Assembly: GCA_021613535.1 (NCBI GenBank)
Contig: CP075492.1
Coordinates: 5,704,001-5,768,000, forward strand
DNA: 64,000 nucleotides
DNA from: Adineta vaga
Lineage: Eukaryota > Animalia > Rotifera
Reading direction: 5' to 3'
A program made the position numbers and the translations under genes. Position 1 is the first letter of the stretch; every line of letters begins with the position of its first letter. Under the pieces are notes generated by a model. The model was given only the letters and a program-made list of their open reading frames with translations. It was not told the DNA's origin and did no database searches. Shown in pieces: positions 55,164-64,000 of the stretch.

Positions 55164-58100
55164 TGTTTACTTTTATGAAGATAATCTGGAACTAGAATGA
55201 AGAAGATGAGATGATAGATAGATATCGCATATCGGAATTAGTTAGAAGAAGAAGATTCGTTCGTTTTGTATTTCTATTGTGATTGGTTGATGAATTGTTC
55301 GATTATTTTATTCAACAAGAACTTTTTCACAAATATTATTTTTAGAAAGAAATATTTAGAAAATACTTTCATTAAGAAAACAAAAACAAGTTTTCATGAA
55401 AACAATTTTTTTCCATTCATTAGCGTCATCTGTTCAATAAAAATATATTCCTTTGATTCTCTTTCATGTACTGTATCTTTCATCTACATAAATATTCTTT
55501 TAGACGTCATTTATTCTTTATTTCATGATGGTACTTCAACTCTATTACATAAATAAAGTTTTATTCTACAATCAGATAAGAACCCTTGCATGAATTGATA
55601 AATACATAGAAATATATTTGTTAATGCATTATAATGAATGAAATTATATATGATTGATCTATGAATATGCTTAAAAGCAATCAAATGGATAGCAAGTTTT
55701 CATTCTTCTGATTATAAGAAGAAAGCTAAGATGACATAATTCGTTTTCATTCATTCCTTGATGATCGTGCGTAAGTATGATTATTCTTTTGTTAGAGAAA
55801 ATCTCATGATTAACTTCTAAGTTCCTGTTATTCAACAAGAAAGCGAGAAAACATATCTTCTTTAGACTTCCACAATTAATCTGTATGTTCTTTTGGTGGA
55901 AACCATATAAACCTAGTGCGATTACCTTGTATATACATTTTTATTTAAACGAACAATTTCCAGGTGTCGGTCAACAGACGAAATTTACTTGAACAAAAAT
56001 CAAATTAATCAGACTATTAGATTTACAAATTTCCCCTGAGGAAAATTTCGATTGGTACATTTTTTGTGTACTGATTGATTTTCTCTCTCTGTGTAGATCA
56101 ATGCAAATCATTTAACGGATCGAAAGTCGAAAACAAATCATTTGTTTTTATTATATATATATATATTTTCAACAAGAGAAGATCTACTAAGGTAAAGAAA
56201 AGAATCTTTTCAAACTGAATGTATGTCATTTGTTAGAAAGAAAATATTTTGCCTCTTCTTGAATGGTTTAGAAACATTAGTTTACTGAAGTAAAACATTC
56301 CCAGAGTCTAAAGAAGTTTCAAGTCGTAATATTTTGATGCTAAATGTAGATGAGCACAACGATTCGTGTACAATGTAACGTTAAGGTTATTTGGAATGAT
56401 ATAAAAAGATGAAAGTGACTATGTCGAGGCAGATGTCAAATAGAAATAGATAAGGATATTGTACTTGAGAAATCATAAAATAAAAAGAGGAAATGTCATT
56501 GAACGATTGAAATACTTGACACGAAAACAATTGATATAAGAAGAACACGAGATGTTTTTGCCAAAAACAAAAATCAGCTAGCAACTAATAATTGAATTTT
56601 GGATTTTGCGCTGTAATTATATTACTTATAATCACAATTCTTTTATTAAATAGAATAACAGAATAGGTGGTAACAATATTGTTCATTACACTGTCGAGAA
56701 TATTTTTTAAGAAGACATTATAATTATTAATGAGACTATTCATCAAAATCTTTGACATATATAATTATTAAAAATCAATGGTATTTTATCATTCTTTCAA
56801 GCATCCTATTAAAATGTTAGGCGTCTCATATAACTTGATAGAATAACTCAAACATTGACTCTGAAGGGGAGAAAGTGTTTTTTTTTCATAAGAAAAGAAT
56901 TTGCGTTTGCTCTATTAATTTTTGAGTTCATTATATTTATCTAACTTTGAATGCTTGAAATTAATTTTGATGAAGTATATATAAATATAAGTATGTTCTC
57001 AAATTAGAGTGAGCCAGTCAGATAGGAAATTTTCGATCTAGAAGAGAATCAACTTTAATAACATTGTACTACTTCATCAGAATAAGTATTTCTATAGGTT
57101 CCTGCGTCTTTCTTTTACAATATAACGATTAATTTATGAGGTTTTTTTTCTCTCTGGAGAACTCCATTACAGGCAAAAGATAAAACTTGTTGAAATCTAA
57201 AGTATTCAAAATGTTGTTCGATATAGAATTCATTATGAATATTTTTAAAAATTACTTTTACATTTTGTTTTATACTCCACCTAGTAGTATAGATAGGAAG
57301 AACATAGAAGGTAATTGATGAGAGTACTATTCTCGGTTGAATATTTAATCGAATTTCCTTTATTAGTTTTATGCTATATATATGAGATTGTACTCGTAGA
57401 AGATTGATGATCTTTTACATTTCTTTTGCGTAAATAAGCTTATTGATAGTGGAGATCTAAAAAAAACAACACTGCGCATAGCATTATCTTTCCTTTTTTC
57501 TTATATTTGAGAGTATATGATGACATGGTTCTCAAAAAAGATCCTAAAAATTCTATTAGAATTTTAGATTTGTCAGATATAATTAATTGAATGTTATTAG
57601 TGTTCTATATTTAGTTAGGAAATCGTTGTAGATCAGAATGATCCTATTTATCTTATAAGATGATAAATATCTTCGAACACACCGTCATGCTTGTCAATCT
57701 TTGGTCATATGACAATTATGTTGATAATTAGACTACGATAAAGAACAAAATGTAGAAAAGATCGACGTTAGATCGAATATCATTTTCTCAAGAATGTTGA
57801 ATAGAAAAATAAAAATAAAAAAAGATTTCTTAACCAAGGTTGAAACTAATTGAAACGCATTTGAAGAAGAAAGTGACGCTTTTTAATTGGAATATTCTAT
57901 TATTTCAAAACATTCTCCATTAATAAAAAAAAAGTAGGTTTCTTCTTATTCTTCACTTTAATAAAACATGATAAACAATAAATCTTTAGAAAATATAACT
58001 AGATTAATTATTAGTGCTCCATAGAACTCGTGCTTGACAATGATAGAACACAAAACAAAAGCATAAAAGCGAATTATCTAAAAAACATATTGTTTTGTAA

Positions 58101-59121
58101 AGAAGCCGTGTTTATTTTGCGTATGGAAAGAAAAATGTAATTATTCCTATTCATTCTTTAAGTATTGTTTTATATGTGCTTTCATCAAATGCACTTGTTC
58201 AAAAAATTTGCTGTCATCTAGGTTATCGTGTACTTCTCACAAGTGGTGAATAGCATTCAATTTTTATAAGAAAATAAATTTCTTCGTCAAGATCAATCTT
58301 CTAGTGATCTTTCTCTAACGATAGTTACTCACAGGAACTTGTTTTCCTTCTTCTTCTGTTGTGTGAATTAAGGAATCATTGATGACTCAATAGTTTTCTT
58401 TCAAAGATGATGATTTCGATGAACTAGAATAATAAAAGAAAGACGAAGAGTCTAATCTGATATCATTTTCATTCCACCGAAGGTAATCTCTCTCTTTCGC
58501 ATTTCTTTGATCACCAATAATCAATGTTTACTGTTAAGAACTCGAATGAAACATATTCCAATTCATGTTGAATCTATTGAATAAAAAAAAATGCGATGTA
58601 CATGTACTATGAAAAGGTATACTAAATTAATTTATGAAATATTTTTTTCTTTTCATCGAAGTATGAAAGGGTGACCACTTTAATTAATTCAATATTTTAT
58701 AGGTATATATAACAAGACGAACAAAAAGAAACATGTACTTTCAATAAATGTCTTTGATTTTCTTCCTTCCGTTTCTTTTATTTCTGTCTATATACTTGTA
58801 TCATTGATGAAAACAGAAAATCTATAGCGGCGGCAGCTCTTGTAGTTATTGAATATAATAGTCATTTTCTTTCCTTTTTTCGTCATATCGTGTCTAATTA
58901 TTATAACGTTTGATAATATCGACAAGTCTGAATAACTTTTATTCTCTCACTAATCTGTCTATTCTTATTTCATCAAAAATAGAAATAAGAACAAGACTTG
59001 GATAAGTAGAAAACATAAGTGAATAATTTCAACATCATTGCTCTTTTTATAAATTAACTCAAAGTACTGACAAATTGATGGATTCAAGATTAAGACGAAA
59101 AGTATAAGAGATAGACTATTT

Positions 59122-59162
59122 TTCTTCTTCTTCTTCTTTCTTTCTTTCTTTCTTTCTTTCTC
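59122..59162 (+). repeat. (TTC)n/(TTTC)n microsatellite
   Basis: Seen directly. Confidence 0.8.
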
Positions 59163-59804
59163 TGTCTATTCTTTGAAAGAGCGCTTCATTTGTATCAACG
59201 ATTTGACGGATGTGTCCTACTATGAGTATTACATACTAATTTTTTCTTTATCAGATACAATGTCTCGTTCGATACAAAGAAAAAGAGAAAATTTTTCTAT
59301 ATTATTCGACGAGTTCTCACGTTTGAATGTCATTGAGTAACACACTATTGTCAAATGTTAGAGAAATGTTCCTATTTTAATATAATATAGAGTGAAAGTA
59401 GTCAGAATAGATACTTAATGACGTTTTTCATCGATATATAAACATATAGATCGCCTATTCATGAATGAGAAAGCAAGGTAGATTCATGCTGATTTATTAG
59501 ATACAAATAAATATAATGCTCATTTTATGTTATATTAAATAATCGTTCTAAAGAGTTATCAAATATAAAGAAAGATTTACCAGTTTTTTCTTTCTATTAT
59601 AACCGTTATTTCCTAACGAAAGCAACGATCTGTCAAAACATGTGCCATAAAATGTCAGCACCAATAAACTAATCTATTAAGATTTTCTTTTTCTTCGACT
59701 TCCTTTTTTTTGTTAATTCTTATTTGCTTTTCTTTGATTATAGATTGTTATTCTCTATGATAAAGAGGTAACCGCATTAGACAGGTGTTATCATAAGAGC
59801 ATCA

Positions 59805-61025
59805 ATGAATTTCGCATATTCTAATATTACATGTAATATATCGTTACCTGGAACAATCTATGTAGATCGTGCTCCGCCTATTCCTCCACCATATCTTCAA
59901 GGAACTGCTGCTATTATCTACACTCTTCTAAGTATTCTCACTATTGGTGGTAATGCTCTTGTATGTTTGGTTGTATTTCATTTTATGGGTGTGACAACAG
60001 TAACAAATTTATATATCGCAAATTTAGCCGTTACAGATTTATTTCTTGGTTTACTTTGTATTCCTATTGTGCTGATTTCGGATTTTCTTCTATCCGACTG
60101 GCCATTCGGAATTTTCATGTGTAAATTTACATCCGTTGCCCAATCTGTCTTTGTTGTTTGTACTGTTTATACCTTAATAGCTATGTCAGCAGATCGTTAT
60201 ATAGCTATAATATATCCATTAAAACAGAAGTTAACTCGTAAACAATGTCGAATAGTAATTATTTTCTTATGGGTATTCTCCATCTTATTTAGTTCTCCCA
60301 TATTTTTCGAAATGCATATCAGTCATATGTGTTTTCATCGTGATGATAATCCTTTGCAAGAATATACTCAAACAGTTTGTCAAACAAATGGCTTATATCC
60401 ATCAATTCAAGCATTTTATAATATTGCAACATTGACAGTGATTTATTTAATACCTTTATTTATTCTATCGATTCTTTATATTCGACTCGGTTGTCAATTA
60501 AATCAAAGTCAAGCACCAGGTGAAGCACATTCAGAACGTGATGCACGAATTAAAAAATCGAAACAAAAGGTTATTAAAATGTGTTTTATTGTTGTGATTA
60601 TGTTTGGTGTTTGTTGGTTTCCGATGCAATTATATATAAATATCTTACGTCCGCATCTTGATCAAATATTTAAACAAAAATATGTTCCACATTTTTATTT
60701 TGCATTTCATCTCATGGCAATGAGTAATTCATGTATAAATCCATTTATTTATGGTGTTATGTCATCTAAATTTCGTGCTGGTTATTTACATTATTGGCGT
60801 TGTTGTATTACTTGTTGTGGTTCAGTTAATGATCGTTTCACACATAAACCAAATGCGAATCAAAGTACGATATTAACTGCAAAATTTCGACCACCAAAAC
60901 GAGCTGCATACGAAATAAGTATTACAAATAATGAACATATTGATGGTGATCAAGCAAGCTCCATGTCCGTTCCCTCAATGATTCCATTGATGTCATCACA
61001 TAAAGCAGCAGTGACATATGGTTAA
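59805..61025 (+). CDS. Class A neuropeptide GPCR, luqin/RYamide/tachykinin-receptor-like; intronless CDS
   Basis: GGNALV, TVTNLYIANLAVTD, WPFGIFMCK, ADRYIAIIYPL, PGEAHSERDARIKKSKQKVIKM, CWFP, HLMAMSNSCINPFIY. Confidence 0.92.
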   Translation: MNFAYSNITCNISLPGTIYVDRAPPIPPPYLQGTAAIIYTLLSILTIGGNALVCLVVFHFMGVTTVTNLYIANLAVTDLFLGLLCIPIVLISDFLLSDWPFGIFMCKFTSVAQSVFVVCTVYTLIAMSADRYIAIIYPLKQKLTRKQCRIVIIFLWVFSILFSSPIFFEMHISHMCFHRDDNPLQEYTQTVCQTNGLYPSIQAFYNIATLTVIYLIPLFILSILYIRLGCQLNQSQAPGEAHSERDARIKKSKQKVIKMCFIVVIMFGVCWFPMQLYINILRPHLDQIFKQKYVPHFYFAFHLMAMSNSCINPFIYGVMSSKFRAGYLHYWRCCITCCGSVNDRFTHKPNANQSTILTAKFRPPKRAAYEISITNNEHIDGDQASSMSVPSMIPLMSSHKAAVTYG

Positions 61026-63507
61026 ATAGATTGCATTTGTTGTCGACTCTATCTACATATATTTATTGTTGTTGTATCAATAATGCTTTAAATGTTTAAA
61101 TATTATTAAGAAGAACAAGAATTGATCAATTCATGTTTTTCATAACAGAATAAATGTTGATCTGAGAAACATAACAAAATATAGAAACAAATCATTTGTA
61201 CTGAAACAGAAACGAGTACCTTGTTACATGACTTGCTAATTATGTCGATGTAACTGTGATTACGGAAAGAGAATTGTCCTGGATTTTCATACTGATAATA
61301 GCTGTTCATAGGAGGTATTAGAATGTTGTTACATCAAAATATACTAGCAGAGTAAAGGATCGTTTTTAATGAAAACACTTTTACAAGTCTGTTTTTGATT
61401 TTCTGATAGTGCTTTTCTCGGTGAATAGACATGAAAGAGATAATCATTATTATATCTTTTTTACTGAATAGAATCGCTCATACGTAAAGAAGAAAGAAAA
61501 ATATCATGAATAGTAAGCTAAAAAAATCATTCCAACGGACGATTATATAAGAATCTTCATATGAACATTCTGTCAGTTTTCCGATTTCCATTATCTCGGT
61601 TGAATACACAACCATATTTTAAGCAAATGTGAAATTGAATAGAAAGTTTTAACTGCTATTGTCTATTTATAACTTTAGTAATAATTAAGCTGTTTTACTA
61701 AAATACTCTTAGCAAAAACGATTATTCTATTTTTTCTTCGGTAAAATCTTTTAGTCGATATATCTTAGTGATAAGATGTGATAATATTTCGGAATATGAT
61801 ATTTCTAATTCATGCCTAGATCGATTGTAATTACTCCATCAAAATTTGACATGCAGAATGAAAGAATATATTTTCATCTAAAAATAATTTTTCTTCATCT
61901 TAATCTTTCATAGAATGACTAAATCCAAACGATGCACTCTCGTTTTTTTTCTTCGCCATGTCATCTTATCAATCATTCACTATTCTAATGATCAAAAAGA
62001 ATTCTCTATTAACAACAAAAAAACAAACAACATTTGTCCTTGATCCATTGATATTATATTAATTATTTGCATATGTTCTCTTTTCAAAGTGAAAAAGAAC
62101 ATAAGAATTGTTATGAAAGAAATATTTCATATAGTGTTTAATGCTTTAGGATTAAGAGTATTTTCTCATTGTTGAATTGAGAAAAAAAATGAAAAAGAAA
62201 TTGATTCGACTATTCTTGTCACGATGCCTCTCTACCCGAGATTTGACAAACAAATCACATGTCAATTTAGTGTGGAGACGATCATAATCTGTTTCGAGAC
62301 GGTACTAAACATTGAATTGAGTGCAAATCTAACAGTCCGATTAAATCAGCTTATATTACGATTGCTAAATATCGAAGAAATTAATCTATTATTTACAAGA
62401 CTGATTTCAAAGTTATTAGACATCAGTATGTTTTCCTGACGATTGAAGAGAACAACTTGCTTTTTTTGCATTACAGATTTGACAGTATGATGGATCTATT
62501 CTATACGATGCTCTGTGTCATTTTAAATTAGTTTTCTCATGTATAAAAACAAAAGTTTTCTTAGTTGAAGATTACTTTGATAAAAATCAAAGTCCTATTA
62601 TTAAGATTACATTCATCTAAACTTAATCTTCAAAGAAGATAACCTGTAGATTTATCTTTTTTTCATAAAAGAATCATCGAAGCAAGGTATTATATCCAAG
62701 ATTTAAAATATGTTGAAAACTATCTCTATATTTAATATTATAGATGATGATTCTTATATTGTTGTTACTATTACAATATTCAGATAAAAAATTATCAAGA
62801 CTTTTGAACAATTTTATGCATGAAATCATAGACAACTTGAGATTGTTGTAAAGAATGAATAATGTAATCAGAACCCATGCTGAAAATATTTGACATCTAA
62901 AATATTGTAAACATCTCGTAATGTATTTCTCAAGGACTATCTTTGTGTTAACTCTATGAATTATTTATTTATTCCAAATATGTTTAACATTACATCTGTT
63001 GAAGTGCGAAAACTACTTATAGATTATATACTCCAGTTCTTAATTATCTTCACATTGTGTGTTTCCTTCGTTGATATAAAGAATTTTGAGTAAATTCAGA
63101 TAAATATTCATATATTACAAGAAGAAAAGAAAAAGTCAAAGAAAGAATAGATTATATCATTGATTGTTTGTCTATTCACCTGATATGAATTGTTCTGAAT
63201 ACAAATTTATGTCTATTTCAGAACAGATTTTCTTGAAGGATAGTTAATATCTCCAATGAAAAAAATAATCTGACAACTTGAAATGTCAACAACAGTATTT
63301 TAATCTTATTGAACTGATGTACGTCGGTGAAAAAAAATGAATATTACTAGGTTCGAAGATCATCGGAAGTGAATAATCAAAGCAGTTTTGATCAGAATAA
63401 ACTATTTAAGAAGACTTGTTATTGATAATTCATATGATAGATTTATTAGTTGATTATAGAAAATAAACAGTATCATTCAGTACTTTTTTGTTTCTATTTC
63501 CATGATG

Positions 63508-63978
63508 TTAGTTAATACCATGATTAGCCAATTCATTTGACATTTGTAATGCAGCACACAATGGACAACAGCTCGTTGCAAGAAAATCATTGCATGAATC
63601 GCCCTATTCCATACTTTTAATGACGTTAATCATCTAATTTTATAACATAACTTACTCGAATTCGTAGAATAGATCGAACCTTCATACGATATGTAGTCAA
63701 AATATTTGGAACACAACAACATGACGTTTTTGATTCATCAATTTTTTCTGCTAATGAACCCAGAAAACAACAGAAACACCAATATGCATAACAACCTAAT
63801 AATATTAATATACAAAATATATTCCGAAATCGACGAATTACATCTTTCATTTACATTGAGACATATTATCAAAACAACTAAACAAATCTGCGGACCATTC
63901 ATTATTTAATTGTTGAAATGGATTACTAGCTATAGGTTGATTTGTAACATACTCAGTTCGTTGATTTGTATAAGACAT
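63508..63978 (-). CDS. PLAC8/cornifelin-family Cys-rich protein; 3 exons
   Basis: MSYTNQ..EWSADLFSCFDNMSQC|CYAYWCFCC..LAEKIDES..YRMKVRSILRIR|GDSCNDFLATSCCPLCAALQMSNEL. Confidence 0.9.
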
Positions 63979-64000
63979 CGTTTGTCGGTTAAATAAGATC

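Overview
AT-rich (roughly 30% GC by eye) eukaryotic genomic DNA with many short GT-AG introns (mostly 50-65 nt). The gene families present (F-box/LRR, receiver-like domain, expanded peptide GPCRs, a bacterial-looking secreted gene) suggest a bdelloid rotifer; this is inference. Conserved genes lie at both ends: GILT, CHMP2B, FAM172/ARB2A, UPF1 and a GPCR on the left; a klumpfuss-like zinc finger, Rho GTPases, calpain, patched-related, MTCH, a neuropeptide GPCR and PLAC8/cornifelin on the right. Between them (~15-33 kb) is a block of lineage-specific, secreted, decayed and possibly foreign genes. Most notable: (1) a co-oriented UPF1 > RING-ARB2A > CHMP2B cluster with only 45 nt between one stop and the next ATG and splice acceptors just before each ATG (candidate trans-spliced operon); (2) an RRM-CCCH-pseudokinase fusion; (3) a secreted bacterial-like PsbP/DcrB-fold gene with an intron (HGT candidate); (4) a recent 1.17 kb tandem duplication that produced chimeric Rho genes; (5) several small spliced peptide genes missed by the ORF track. 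All exon models were built by hand from splice signals and reading frames; no database search was run.
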